DNA of 64,000 nucleotides from Felis catus (taxonomy: Eukaryota): positions 93,372,001 through 93,436,000 of the forward strand of contig NC_058386.1 of the NCBI RefSeq assembly GCF_018350175.1, read 5' to 3'. How positions within the stretch are numbered: position 1 is the stretch's first letter; each line of letters begins with the position of its first letter. The notes under the pieces were generated by a model. It did not search any database, had not been told where the DNA came from, and saw nothing but the letters and a program-made list of their open reading frames with translations. This document shows, one piece after another, positions 1-14,226 of the stretch. Made by a program: the position numbers and the translations under genes.

Positions 1-918
1 ATGAAGCAGATTAAAACAGTCAGAACCTGCAACAGTGGAAATTAATTAGTTTCAGATTTAAGGAAAAATTCTGTAAGACAGTGTGGAAGCACTTCAAATA
101 GGAACTAAGTGAGTTAAAGCGACCACCATTCCCATACATAAATCGAGTTGCATTCAGATATTTATTTTGAAATATTCACACAATTACCAGCTATATTCAT
201 CCAAAACTCGGCTTCGGTTACGAAGCTACAGTACCCAGATCGTGAGTTGCAAAGTCCCACCGCAAGGTAGATCTCGCCTGCAGTTATCAAATGCAATTCT
301 CTGCACCACATTTTAAAAACAAGTGTTTCCAGAAGCAGGCAACCAACACTGTGAGGAAGCCTAAAATCCCACGATATGTAGTGTGAGGAAAAGAAACACG
401 GGGGACGCTTGAGGCCCGCTTTCAAATAACTTGACTACCATATAAGGGAACGAACACACTTAAGAAGCTCCATTGGGTAAATCTGAGAGAAATGACAACT
501 CAGTGCGAGGAAACATCTTACGAAAGTCAAAAGGAACGGGCTGCCTCCAGAGGTGCGTTACTACCGTGAGATTAATTACTCGGTTGTTGTTTCAAGTAAG
601 GAAAATACATAGGGTTAGCTATAAGATCGCACACAAAAAAAGTCCAAATGATCTTATATGGTTTACCAACCTATCGAAATTTCAAAATCCCTTCCTATTA
701 TCAGAGTAACAAATGCATTTTATGAAAATGAGCGTAAGTAATTTGCAAAGTGACTTCATGAATTATTTTTTCCCAAATTTTATTATAATTCTTATTTTTG
801 GTAAAATCTGACTTTTTACGGATTAATCTCTTTTTAGGCCACAGGCCATTGGGGCGTGAATTAACTATATAATTTAGTTATCTTAGCTTTATATCAAGAG
901 AGTTATTAATGATTAAGA

Positions 919-1054
919 TTATACAGTGGGGAAAAGAAAGTCTCTTCAATAAATGGTGTTGGGAAAACTGGGCAGCCACATGCAAAAGAATGAAACTCGA
1001 CCCCTGTCTTATACCATTCACAAAAAATCAATTAAAATGTATTAAAAACTTAAA
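919..1054 (+). mobile_element. LINE-1 ORF2 fragment
   Basis: Translates to [35 protein letters not shown], typical of the L1 ORF2p C-terminal region. Confidence 0.85.
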
Positions 1055-1065
1055 AGGCGTCGGGG

Positions 1066-1175
1066 GGGGGGCGGTCCTGGCTGGCTCAGTCGGTGGAACA
1101 TGAGACTCTTGGTCTTGAGGGTTGTAAGTTTGAGCCCCATGTTGGGTGTAGAGATTATTTAAAAATAAAATCTTA
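1066..1175 (+). mobile_element. Short old tRNA-derived carnivore SINE
   Basis: tRNA-Lys-like head (ctggctggctcagtcggtggaacatgagactctt...agccccatgttgggtgtagagatt) plus A-rich tail. Confidence 0.75.
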
Positions 1176-1176
1176 A

Positions 1177-1393
1177 GAGGTGCCTGGGTGGCTCAGTCAG
1201 TTCAGCGTCCGACTTCGGCTCAGGTCACGATCTCGCGCTCCATGAGTTCGAGGCCCACATCAGGCTCTGTGCTGACACCTCAGAAACTGGAGCCTGCTTA
1301 GGATTCTTTGCCTCCCTCTCTCTCTGCCTCTCCCGCACGCTCTATCTGTCTCTCACACACAAAAATAAATAAACATTAAAAAAATTTTTTTAA
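1177..1393 (+). mobile_element. Can-SINE (SINEC, felid type)
   Basis: Consensus head, (CT)n, AATAAA tail. Confidence 0.9.
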
Positions 1394-1403
1394 AGATGAA
1401 TCG

Positions 1404-1640
1404 GTCTGAGAATATAATGTATAAAATTGTGACTATAGTTGATAACACTGTATTGAAATTTGCCGAGAAAGGAGAACTTATGTTTTTCACCACAAAAAAA
1501 GGTAAATATGAGAGGTTACAGATGGGTTAAGTAACTCAATGGTGGGGAACCTCTCACTAGGCATACATGTATCAATCATCGTGTTGTACACTTTATATTA
1601 CAACTGTATTTGTCAGTCATATCTCAATAAAGCTGAAAAA
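1404..1640 (+). mobile_element. Old L1M 3' UTR fragment
   Basis: gtgactatagttgataacactgtattg...gttgtacacttt...tatctcaataaagctgaaaaa, typical L1MA/MB 3' end. Confidence 0.7.
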
Positions 1641-4580
1641 CATAATATAATACAATATGATCCAAAACTGAGTTCTGAAGAAAAGTATGTACTCATCTAT
1701 AGAGTATTCAAGAATTTTAATTCTCCATTTGTCTTCAAACATTGTAAAATGTTTTCAACTTAGAATTTTTGACAAATTCTTCCAGAAAAGTTCATTGCTT
1801 AGCTTGCTGGAGATAAACTAGTTTTAGTGAGTCATGTCTAAAAACAGAGCCAAGCACTGCATGGGAGAAACTAACTTGATTTAGAGCTTTACCTCTAAAA
1901 GTTTTGCTACCATTGGGCCAATTTTTTCTTCAAGTTGACCATTTGCCCAAGGGTAACGATTAACACACAACTTAAAGAAAGCTGTGAAACTACAGGACCC
2001 CGGGGGAGGTGTTGTTTTAGCTCCCTCCAACTCTTGGGCAAATTCTACTTGGCGGATAATATTAATAAGTTTATTAAACCTCAACTATGTGCTAGATCTA
2101 TTGAGTTACTGGGATGCAAACATGACCTACATATTGACTGTCACTATGCCCCCTGCAGTTCAGTCTAGGGAGAGAGACAGACAAGTGGTAATGGCAATAG
2201 AATGCAGTGTGCACCATAATAGAGGCAGGTTGGTTACTCTAGAGATTGTATTTGAACGTGGTCAGGTGGAGACGCAAAGAAGAAGATCCAGGCAGAAGGA
2301 AGAGGATATAAACAAGCGGATCCCTTGAAAGAAAATGAGTTGTTCTTACTAGGTGAGTGAATTTTATTTGGAGAAGGTTGGGAGATGAGGCCAGAGATAC
2401 AGTCAAGGGCTAGACCAAGAAGGGATTATTTTTAACTCATAATTAAGAGTTTTAACTTTATCCTATGCATGCAACAGGCAGCCACTGCCAGATTTTAGAA
2501 GCAGTGGGGAGAATTACCCTGAAGAGGTGAGAAAGAGTGGAAGCAGGAAAGGTTCTCGGAAACTCATGCAGTAATATTCTGGGTGAAATATACCATGTTG
2601 CTAAAGGGAAGCAGTGGCCCTGGAGATGAAGAAGAAGGGACTGATTTGATATGTTTCTGAAAGTATATCAGGGTTAATGAAACAATTCAAATTTGGGATA
2701 AGGGAAAGGACAGTGGGACAACATCATGTATGACTCTCCTTTCTCTCTGAGGCTGTTGGGTTGGTGGAAAAAACATCAACTCAAGATGAACAACTGATTT
2801 GAGAATATTATACAAAATTTTGGCTTTGAGTAGCCTTTTGGGGTTTTGAGGTGCCTGTAAGACATGCATGTGTTTTGGTGAAAGTGTCCAGTAGGATTTG
2901 GGATTATAGATCTGGAGTTGGACATTCCTTCCTCAAAATGACTTCTTAATTACCTAGTGTTGGTGTAGTCAAATAGCTGTATAGGTTAAGGCACTTGCTG
3001 TCCTGATATACATTTCCAATTTCTGATGATGACACCCTGTAATTAAAGCAAGATATTTTGTTATAATAAAATGTGCACAGAATTACAGGGCTGAAAGAAC
3101 TTCAGAATTTATTACGCTCTTCTTTTTGTTTTGCATTGAAAACTGTACCTAATGCATTCCCCGAAACACCATTGACTTCTTTAAAATCTCTGGCATAGAT
3201 GACTAACAACTCCCTTGATAACGTTGTCTAACATCTCACTAAGCTGATAGGAGGGTTTTGCTAATGCTACTCTATATCCTTCATACAGTAAGTGTCGTTC
3301 TTTCTGGTCTTATCCTTAGTGGAAATGGAGAGCAGCTGTTTAATGCTAATGGAAAAATCAGCAAATTTAAAATTGTTGAATGCACACTTTAGATTTTAAC
3401 TGAATTATGAACTTGGCAATATTTATGAATTTAAAGCATGAAAATATAAACTAGATTCATCACGATATTTTTCCAACTGCATGGTGTGATAAAACACTGT
3501 TCAGAATTCTCAACATTACAAGCTCAAAGCACTGCCCTTGAAACGATGTTCTGTGAATCCTAAAGTGATTAAATATTTTTGGATAAAGTATCTGAAAGTA
3601 TTTTTAATCCATACAGATCTCACACGAAATGAGTAGTACTAAAAAATGAAAATAAATCACTATTTGCATTCCTCGTTTGTACCGTCTTTAGAACCTCCAA
3701 TATTGCATCCATCTATAAAATTTATTGGGACTAGAGGTTTATATGTGTTTTAAATGAAATATTAATAAGTTGTAATCATTTTCCTGTAATTCCAAAGAGT
3801 GAACATAATCATTTCTGGCCATCCTAAAAGCCATATTGATATGAGCTTGCTCATCCTGACATCCACTGATTTCAAGGATGGGTAATAAAGGGAAATAGAA
3901 ATACAAGAGAAAAATGATTCTTGACTTAAATATAATTCAGTCCCCATTGTTACCCATGACTAACTGAGTCTGAGTCAAAACATTCCCCATCTTCTGCACC
4001 TATCTAGCGGTGTGCTTCTTAAGAAAGCAGAGCTGTTTGGTCATCGTTAGCTAAAGGTGGACACTTCCAACCTCTTACCTATTTAAACTCCAAAGGAGAA
4101 AATTATACAGGGGAGCGTAAATCTTATGGATGATCTATGTCAAAGTTAGTGGCTTCGTTTATTCTCAAATTTAATTGATTTTATAGTGTTGTAAACAGGC
4201 TGAACTATAATACAGATGGTGAATAAAGGAAAAATGATTCTCTTGAAAATGTCCCATGAACCAAAAGGCCACATGGAAGTCAAACACATACCCCAACCAA
4301 TATCAAAAACAAAACATGTGGGATGAATTTATTTGTTATATGAACTTATTATTTCCTATGGCTGTGGAGACAAAAGAGTCATAAACAAAACCAGAAAAAC
4401 TTATTGAAGAAACACATGACCATGGCAAGCACACCTAAATCTTTACATGACTCCACATTTCTAAGACTCACCAAATGACCTCTATCAAGTTCATTGCTTT
4501 AATAGTGTTTAAGAACCCTGCGTTTATAATCCTGGTTCTACAATGTATTCCCTGGGTGATCTTAATCACGTCACAAATTT

Positions 4581-4796
4581 TATAAATTTGTTTGCCATTT
4601 ATTTATTTTTGAGAGATACAGAGACAAAGTACAAACGGGGGAGGGGCAGAGAGAAATGGAGACACAGAATCCGAAGCAGGCTCCAGGCTCTGAGCTGTCA
4701 GCACAGAGCCCGATGTGGGGCTTGAACTCATGAGCTGTGAGATCATGACCTGAGCCAAAGTTACATGCTTAACCGACTGAGCCACCGAGGTGCCCC
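4581..4796 (-). mobile_element. Can-SINE
   Basis: Reverse-complement consensus; TSD gtcacaaatt. Confidence 0.9.
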
Positions 4797-5569
4797 ATGT
4801 CACAAATTGTAATCTCTGGCTTCCTCATCCCTAGAAGGAGATGAATGCTTACCTTGTAGGGCCATGTTATATCTAAATGTTCCATTGCATGTGAAAATGC
4901 CTAGCACATAACGCTGAATTACTATAGTTATTATAATGACTTCCTTGTTATTTTATCAATTTTGCAGATTAGCTTAGTGTTGTTGCTTATTTAGTACATT
5001 TTCCACTGTTTCATTTTGACTGAATTTTCTTTGACTACACTGGTCACACATCTGATGTACAACCACATTACCTCATGCATAAATACCTATCTTATAAAAT
5101 GATATTTTTGTAGCACATCCATATGTATCTGCCAATATTTGTCTCTTCAGAGAATGTTTCCCAGCGTAAACTAAGAAAAACACTTCTGAATTCTATTTCA
5201 CACTTAGCAGTGACCAAACTACCACAGCTCACAGCATTTACTATTACAAAAGGAATAATGATTAACTGCATCTTTGAACCCTTTTCTGAACTGCCCTACA
5301 AATCGGTGATACTTGTTAAAGATTGACAGCTTAAGTCCACTGCTTCTATTCAGTCTATCAAGCTGGTTTTGATGAAATTAGTTCAGTGTCATTCCAGAGG
5401 AAACAGACAGAGACAACAAATCACATTGGGGACGAGATGCAAATTATTGATTAAAGCAACGGGTCACCACATACTACATTTCATAAAGCATTAAGGCTGT
5501 TGAGCGCACCAAATTCCTGTTCGTCACCCAAAACACTCTATATTCCTTTGCACCAAGGGACAAGTCCTG

Positions 5570-5990
5570 CATATATATTCACGCAATGGAATATTACTCA
5601 TCCACGGAGAAAGAATGAAATCTTGCCATTTGCAACGACATGGATGCAGTTAGAGAGTATTATGCTCAGCAAAACAAGTCAGAGAAAGACAAATACCATA
5701 TGATTTCACGCATATGTGGAATTTACAAAACAAAACGAGTGAATATGGGGGGACAAAAGAGAGGCAAACCAAAATACTGACTCTTAACCATAGAGAACAA
5801 ACTGATAGTTACCAGAGGGGAGGTAGGTGAGGGATAAAATGGGTGATGAGGATTAAGGAGTGCACTAGTTGTGATGAGCCCTGGGTGTTGTTGGGAGGTG
5901 TTGAATCACTATATTGTACACCTGAAGCTAATATTACACTGTATGTTAACTAACTGGAATTTAAATAAAACTTTAATAAGATATAAAAAA
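5570..5990 (+). mobile_element. Carnivore L1 3' end (ORF2 tail plus 3' UTR)
   Basis: aagaatgaaatcttgccatttgcaacgacatggatg...ctgtatgttaactaactggaatttaaataaaa. Confidence 0.85.
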
Positions 5991-6015
5991 GGACAACTCT
6001 GCAATATTGAATATT

Positions 6016-6222
6016 TTTTTTTAATGTTTTATTTATTTTTGAGACAGAGGGAGACAGAGCATGAGCAGGGGAGGGTCAGAGAGAGAGGAGGACACAGAAT
6101 CCTTAGCAGGCTCCAGGCTCTGAGCTGTCAGTACAGAGCCCAACGCAGGGTTTGAACCCACAAACCGGGAGATCATGACCTGAGCCGAAGTTGGACGCTT
6201 TACCAAACCACCCAGGCACCCC
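6016..6222 (-). mobile_element. Can-SINE
   Basis: Consensus; TSD ttgaatatt. Confidence 0.9.
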
Positions 6223-7905
6223 TTGAATATTCTTAAAGATTGTCCTGCCCGAAAAGTCCAAAGTGTCTCTCCAGATTTAATAGACTACTCTATAGCTTAG
6301 GGAATATGATGTTGCTAATTATAGCTCGATGTTTTGAGGTGACTATCAGCATAACAAAGAAGAAATGATTACTGAAATAAACTACTATCTTCACGAAAAC
6401 CTCTAAAATTCATGTCACCTATCAGTGACATTTTGAAATTTAGAAACAAAAATTGGAGAGTGGTGATGGTTTACAAAACTGTGAAGGTATTTTTTTTTTT
6501 AACCTGGATCATATACTTTAGAGACGTGATTTTTACTATTTGTGAGTTGAATCTCGATAAAGCTGTCACTAAAGATTTAGAAACCGTGTTTGAGAATAAT
6601 GGAAAAAAATTCCAGTTGAATATCCCCAAAGGGCAAAAAGGGGGCACTGGTTTCAAAAAAAAAATTAAAATTGTCGGCTATGTTCTATAAATTTAGAGAT
6701 AAGGATCATTTCAACAAACTTTTCAAGCTCATTAAAGACATTTTACAGGTAGGCTTCCCTGTCATCATTTGGAGGGCAAGAGGAGTGCAAAGGAGAGAAC
6801 AAGCAAGAGAAAACAGTGAGTCAAACTTTTATTAACGAAGAACAAATTAACATTGCCCCAGGTGGTCTCCAGAGCTCTTATTTCTTACCTTCTTCTTTCT
6901 AAGTTTAAATCTGAAGCTAGGGGGGAAAAAAGACAAAAAATACATAAATCACCCTCAAAAGACAACGTAGAAATAAAGAGGCCATGAAGTTTCAGAAAGG
7001 GAACACTGAATGGAATGATAAATGGAAGACCGCGTCCACAGAAACAATTTAAATTCGAGCTGGAATTTCCACTTCCTGAAATCGATCGCAAATTAAGACG
7101 ATGCGAATAGCCACCCACTTTCAAAAACTTGAAAATATAGCAAAGATATTGGAGTTTTGCTACTCCTCCTTAGAGGTGCTTAAATGTAATTGGCACTATC
7201 TACGTGGACACAGAAATGGACCCTCCCCTGCCCTTAAATCACCAAAGTGATACATCTGAAGTTTCTTATGTTTAACATCCAATTGATTCGCCATCAAATG
7301 TGGTCAACTTTGACTTCTGCCCTGGTTACTGGATGGAGAGTTGATCTTGGATTATCAGGAATGCTAGAGCTTTTGGTTGGGAAAACTGCCATATGTTGGT
7401 TTTTTTTTTTTTTTTTTCTGTAGTTATTTTCTGGTTGATATTCTATAGCTGAGGATTTTCATTAAAGCTTATGGGTCTTGCTCATATTAAGGCAAAAAAA
7501 AAAACCCTTAACGAATGTCTGGTTCTTCTGAGAAAGGCTTTATGTAAAATACAAACTTTTAACTGTATCATACTTCATTAGCCTTTTTGTATGGAAATCT
7601 AATGTTGATGTAAGGTTAGGTTCTCATATGAGTTGATCGCAGTGTCCTAAAAATACTTTTTTTCCAATAACTTCCAACATTAGATTTGCAAAATTAATTG
7701 TATTTTTCATGCACTTGTGAATACAACATAAATGAGACCTCGCTGCTATTTTTTGTGTAGTGTTGACTTCAAGAGACAAAGGGACATATAACTGTATATA
7801 ATTAGCTGTAAATGAAGAGCAAACAAATCACTTATAGCAACTAATTGATTCCGCTCAGGAGAATGCTGTCAAGTCTAGCAACCCTAGCTTGAAAACGATC
7901 TTCAA

Positions 7906-8066
7906 GGGGCGCCTGGGTGGCTCAGTCGGCTAAGCAGCCGACTTCCGCTGAGGTCATGATCTCGCGGTCCGTGAGTTTAAGCCCCGCTTCGGGCTCTGTG
8001 CTGACAGCTCAGAGCCTGAAGCCTGTTTCGGATTCTGTGTCTCCCTCTCTCTGACCCTCCCCCGTT
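7906..8066 (+). mobile_element. Can-SINE (3' end lost in gap)
   Basis: Consensus head running into the N gap. Confidence 0.9.
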
Positions 8067-8201
8067 NNNNNNNNNNNNNNNNNNNNNNNNNNNNNNNNNN
8101 NNNNNNNNNNNNNNNNNNNNNNNNNNNNNNNNNNNNNNNNNNNNNNNNNNNNNNNNNNNNNNNNNNNNNNNNNNNNNNNNNNNNNNNNNNNNNNNNNNNN
8201 N
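8067..8201. other. Assembly gap (N)
   Basis: Run of N. Confidence 1.
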
Positions 8202-8419
8202 TGAGAAGACTCCAGCAAGGTCTTCTGTTGCAAAGGATTATTGCGCTTATGAAATACTTCACAATCCAATTCCCAGCGTAGTAAGAAACATTATGAAGCC
8301 AGTAAAGCCAAGGTCTACACCAGCAGTCATTAGTACAACTGTCAGAACAACAGAAAAGGAAAAGTTCTTCAATAATTTAGCATTGTTCACTTTATCAACT
8401 ATTAAAGTTCATGATTCTT

Positions 8420-8603
8420 TTACCGTTTATTTTGAGGGGCGGGGAGGGACAGAGAGAGAGAGACACAATACGAAATAGGCTCCAGGCTCCTTCGGAGCTT
8501 GTCGGCACGGAGCCCGAAGTGGGGCTCGAACGCAGGAGCCAAGGATGAGACCATGACCGGAGCTGAAGTGGGACGCTTAACCGACTGAGCCACTCAGGCG
8601 CCC
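8420..8603 (-). mobile_element. Diverged Can-SINE
   Basis: Reverse-complement consensus; imperfect TSD tc(a/g)tgattctt. Confidence 0.8.
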
Positions 8604-8614
8604 GCCCTCGTGAT

Positions 8615-8646
<32 letters not shown>

Positions 8647-9581
8647 TAGTCGATTGCATTTCATCTGTAATAAGGTTAGGTCTACTTTGATTTGCATTTT
8701 AATCTGGTACCTGATCAAACTGTCTCTCTGTAATCGCTTTTTTGTGCCACATGGTGTGTATTTTAGCTTCCTTAGATAAGCCGTCAGAACTCAGACTTTG
8801 CAACAAAGAAGTCAAGCTCTTAAAATTTAAGAGCAGAGATGATTGAATTGCAGCGCACTATCTGCAATAACACAGAGGTGACTTTCTCGGAGCAAAGGCC
8901 TCTTTAATAAATCCAATATTGTACTTGCACTCTAGAAACCTCTTTTCCATTCCAAACACAACCAATAGTCAACCAGCATAGTCAAGATGAAAACTGTAGG
9001 TCAGTTTGTGTATTAATTTTGGATTTGGTCATTAAATCACCTAGTGCTTATTTTTTCCTCAAGTAAAGCTTTCTTAATTAACTTTATTAATTAGCTGCGT
9101 GAGAGCTTATATACATACTATTGCTTGTTCCACACATTTGCAAACCATATGCAACAACATAATTTTTTAAGCCTTCAAATTTAAAGGATTTCTAGCCATG
9201 GTTACACTGTGAAGTTATAAATATTTCAGATTGCACAGCATGTAAGTGAATGCTGAGTAGGGCTCAGCAGTTCTAATTTATATTATCAATCCAACTATTC
9301 TCCGAAACGGGGAGGGGGAGGGGGCAGTGAGAGGAGATATATTGTTCCAGTTTTATTCTACTAATACCGTTAATAACCAGATTAGCGATATGCGTTTCCT
9401 TAGAAATATTTCACTTTAATTTTTGAAATATTGCCCTAAATGTCATCTTTGTTGACTGTAAGCTTCCAGGAAAATGTAGCATCTTTGTGTTTCTACTGGA
9501 GCAGACATATGGAAGGCAAAACGAATGGAAGAAAACTCTTGCCTCCTCTGAGATAAGCTGTCCCTCAATAAATGACATAAG

Positions 9582-9790
9582 TGGGACGCCTGGGTGGCTC
9601 AGTTAGTTGAGTATCTGACTCTTGACTTCTGCTCAGGTCATGATCTCAGAGTCGTGAGATCAAGCCCTGCCTCAGGCTCCATGCTGAGCGTGGAGTCTGC
9701 TTGAGATTCTCCCTCTCTCTCTCTCTCCCCCTCTCTCCTCCTCTCTGTCTCTCCCCCCCTTTTCTGTCCCTCTCCCCATGCATTCTCTCT
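9582..9790 (+). mobile_element. Older Can-SINE subfamily with expanded (CT)n
   Basis: gggacgcctgggtggctcagttagttgagtatctgactctt... Confidence 0.85.
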
Positions 9791-10805
9791 ACCAGTGTGT
9801 TTGAAAGGCAAACCACCTTCTTAGTTGCTTATGTCTTGTTGGGATTGGTTTTTTTCTCAGAAGGGCGGAGTTGCAAACAATTCTTTTGGGATTTTTTTTA
9901 ATGCCCTATTACTTGATCTACAAACTTAAAAAAAAAAAAAAAACAACTCTCAACAAGCCAGGACCACTGATATAATCTAGCCACAATACTTTGTAATCAA
10001 ACTAGACAGTAGAGATGATTCTTCCACTGTGTCACTTCAGCCAAGTTATATCAACAAAAAGACTGGAGTCATCATGAAGTCGGAAATGCACAAAGTTAAC
10101 AATGGCAGATCAATCCATCTAGTTCTTAACTTAGCAGGCTCTTCTTGGTTACTGGGTACAGCACTTTAAAAGATAAAGGTTTATTTTTGTATCATATTTT
10201 AGCAGATGAAGGTCTGGCCAAATGGAAAGCTAACAAAGTTTAATTCTCTAGCAAATCTTGCCCCTAGCTTTGACTCTATCAGCGGTGGAAGCATTCGTTA
10301 CTCTCCACCGAAAGATCACCTAGTAAAGGATTTTTTTCTACCATTTTCCTACTAATGATCAGAAGATGCACAGAGTAAAAAGATGTCACTTCACAAATCA
10401 AAAGGCCAGAGAATTAATGCTGACTCCGGTAGGCATCTAATCACTGCTGTATTGGCTTTTGCTTCAAGTTAAACTCCACTTTGAGACAATAAAGGATTTC
10501 TGTACTTGTCCATAAACTAAAACGTGTATAATTTTTTTTTGGTGGTGGGAAAAGATTTTATTGAACATTTTTTTATTCAGTCTTGAAAGACAGAGCCTGT
10601 GCTCTTACTTGCTTTCAATGCATCATCTTGAGTAAACTCGTGTCGTTCTAGCCTTTGAAATGTGTGGAGACTTAGTCCTGCAAATTTGGTGAGGAGTAAG
10701 AAAAATCCTCATTTCTTTGGTGTAATGTTGCAATCTGTGTCAAAGACTTCTTTATATTTACCAATGCTGCCTGGTTGAAACATTTTATTAAAGGAGCAGA
10801 GTTAA

Positions 10806-11025
10806 GGGGCGCCTGGGTGGCTCAGTCGGTTAAGCGTCCGGACTTCAGCTCAGGTCACGATCTCGCGGTCCGGGAGTTCGAGCCCCGCGTCGGGCTCTGG
10901 GCTGATGGCTCAGAGCCTGGAGCCTGCTTCGGATTCTGTGTCTCCCTCTCTCTCTGCCCCTCCCCCGTTCATGCTCTGTCTCTCTCTGTCTCAAAAGTAA
11001 ACTTAAAAATTTTTTTTTTTTTAAA
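10806..11025 (+). mobile_element. Young Can-SINE
   Basis: TSD taaaggagcagagttaa (10789-10805 / 11026-11042). Confidence 0.95.
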
Positions 11026-12044
11026 TAAAGGAGCAGAGTTAATATGTTATCCATAGGAGGGTGGGTAGGAAAATATCCTCCAGTCTGCTCTATTTCCATG
11101 AATGCACCAAAAGTTGATAAACTAACAAGTGAAGCTATTTTGAGAGAAGGTATTTTGAGAGAAGGGGGTGTCACTTGGATAAGGGGATGATGTGGGTCTT
11201 AATTCTGTGTAAATATGTCTTGATGAAAAGAGAGAGAAGCAAAGTCTGATAAAGAGGAGAAAGTACCTATTAACAAAACGGATGACTGGTGCTTACTAAT
11301 CAACTAAATAATTCTTGTTGGCCAGCTTCCCAATGATGATGATGGAAAAGACGCTGACCTTGGTGGTGGTGGCAGTAGTCGTGGGAGCGATAGTGTGTTT
11401 TTGATACTTGTTTTGGTTCTGCTATGCTAAATCTGGTGGCTTCCAATATACGTTATTTTTCGGAACTGGCAGATGTTAAGGGTTTGCCAAAACCCCTGTG
11501 ACATATTTGACACCACTGATGAATTACAACAGGGGATATGGAGTTTATATGCCATGTTACCCAAATGAATAAGTTGAGGTTAGTTGATTCTGTCGTTTCC
11601 TGGGGAGGATATGGATATCAGGCAAAGCAAAATAACATAGCTGTATGAGTTCTGTAGTGAAATTGATCATTGCTTAAAATTTTATGTACAAGATTTTTCT
11701 GTTAAGTAGGCAGCATCTAACAGTGAAATATAGGCCATTATTCATATTCTTGTTTAATAAGTATGCATAAAGAGAAGAAATTTATCTTTTTCAAAAATAC
11801 TGCAACTTTTCAACAGAAGATCTTTGGGGAGGAAAAAGTGCCACATTTCAAACACTACTGATAAGTGAATTCCTTTTTATCTTTGTTACCCCATCTGGAA
11901 AGCAACAGTTGATAACAAAGGGGATTATAAACTCAACCATTTTTCCCCTTTTGCATTACACATTCTAGTTTGAAGAGCTCTTTACCACCTTTGAGATGTG
12001 TGCTTGGCTCATGTGTATATTTGAGTAATGGTATATGTCTATTT

Positions 12045-12262
12045 TTTTAAATTTTTTTTAATGTTTATTTATTTTTGAGACAGAGAGAGACCGAGCATGA
12101 ACGAGGGAGGGTCAGAGAGAGAGGGAGACACAGAATCTGAAGCAGGCTCCAGGCTCTGAGCTATCGGCACACAGCCCGCCGCGGGGCTCGAACTCACAGA
12201 CCGTGAGATCATGACCTGAGCCGAAGTCGGTTGCTTAACCGACTGAGCCACCCAGGCGCCCC
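12045..12262 (-). mobile_element. Can-SINE
   Basis: TSD gtatatgtctattt. Confidence 0.95.
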
Positions 12263-14023
12263 GTGTATATGTCTATTTAATGTGCAGTGTGTTCACTGCA
12301 GCCTTAAGGAAATCACGAAACAACAGCTCTCTGAACTAAGCTTAACTTGAACATCATACTGAACAAATGGCCTCGCTTGTAACACAGCTTTACGTGATGA
12401 TGGAATGATTTCTTGAGTTCCAGGAAATATTTTTGAATGTTAATTTAAATTCTAGCTTTAGAAAAAAATCTGGCAGCACTGAACTAATAACGAATAATAG
12501 CTCTTGGGACAAGAATAAAAGAATAGAGTCAAATAAACCAGAGGAGATCACTCAGTCATGCAAAGACTGCACGGTAAGGTACGTATTTTTGAAAATCCTT
12601 AACTCTAGTCTCTAAGCTTGAGCTGAGCATGTTCTGTACCTTATCTTTTGCTCCCATTTATCATATCTTGATGAATTGTATCACTTCTGACGTAAAATAG
12701 TTGTATAATCAGGAATTAGTTCCAAGGCTTCTTTGGTATACCTGTGAGCCTGAAAGCCTTGCCAATTTGCACAGTCACATAAAATAATTAGTAGGGAGAC
12801 AAACCAAAAGCTGCCCCAAACATTATTTCCAATTGTGCTTCAATTTGCTCTCCGTGCCAGTTCTTAGTGAACATTTTCTTTGTGCAAACCTCAAGAGTCT
12901 TAGGCAAAGACGCGACTGAAGAATATTGAAGTCTACACGCACATATTCTACAGGTTACTAGAAAACAAATTCTCCTTTTGTTACCGCTAACATTCAGTTT
13001 GTGTTCGTGAAATTCCCCTTGTAACATTCAACTTAATTTACATCCTTTCCTCATACCCCAATATTTTTAATTGGATCATTTTCATAGTAGTCTAGAATTA
13101 TAAAGGATGCCGGGATCCCAACATAATCCTTTTGTTTTCATGATAATAAGCTTCCTTCAGTTTACTGTCCATGGAAGTCTGTAGCTAGTAAGTGCCCTAG
13201 GCTCAACAAAACTGTCCTGTGGCCTTGGTATCCTGCAGCAAAGCTGAATCTACGGCAAGTCTTCAGTGCGTAACTTACTCAGTGTGTTTCCAAAAACTCA
13301 ATATTCTTTTCTAACCCCTAAAAGCAGAGACAGCATTTATGGGTCCTGCAAGATTTAGGATTGCAAAGAGCTTTCAATATCATTCGTTTGCTACGTGTTT
13401 CTCCCCTTTCCTCACACGTGACTCGCCTTTGTAACACTCCCACTGAGGGATTACCCTTTACAGGGTCGAACACCCCAATACTGGAGAGGTCACTACCTTC
13501 AGAAACAGCTGATCCCGCCCTTGGCCAGTTCTGAACGCTGTAAAATTCTCCTACAGAGCCAGAATCTACAGGGCCCACAACTGGTTCCTGTTTAATTCTC
13601 TTGTGCTTGTCCTTCCTTCAGTTTGCAAATATTTCTAGAATGCCTACTTGGTGTCAGACTTGTTCCAGGCACCGACAGAAAAAAAAAATACAAATAAGAT
13701 ATGGATGCTGACCTTGGGAATCAAAGCAAACCCCTTTTCCAGAAGAGAATCCCTCACATAGCTGAAGCCAGCTAGCATGTATCCTGAGAGTCTCGTCTTC
13801 CGGAGGATACAAATGAAAGTTCATCGTATAACATGATTCCAGCCCCCTTCTAACCGAAACATTCCTGTGGATGAACTCCAATCTGCTGATTTCATTCTTT
13901 AAATATTGCGCCTGCGAGCACCAAACAGGGCCCGGTTGTATCTTGACTCTTTCTACGAAAGTTGTAAAAGGCCAAGAGAAGATTGGGTTTTTTGGCAATC
14001 GTGACTTTGGACTTGGTGATCTT

Positions 14024-14226
14024 CAACGTTTATTTATTTTTGGGACAGAGAGAGACAGAGCATGAACGGGGGAGGGGCAGAGAGAGAGGGAGACACAGAA
14101 TCAGAAACAGGCTCCAGGCTCTGAGCCATCAGCCCAGAGCCCGACGCGGGGCTCGAACTCACAGACTGCGAGATCGTGACCTGGCTGAAGTCAGACGTTT
14201 AACCGACTGCGCCACCCAGGCGCCCC
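14024..14226 (-). mobile_element. Young Can-SINE without poly(A) tail
   Basis: TSD tggacttggtgatctt (14008-14023 / 14227-14242). Confidence 0.95.

Noticed and set aside
1066-1175. tRNA-Lys-like sequence (also 60292-60398)
   Set aside because: Degenerate stems and A-rich tails indicate tRNA-derived SINEs, not functional tRNA genes.
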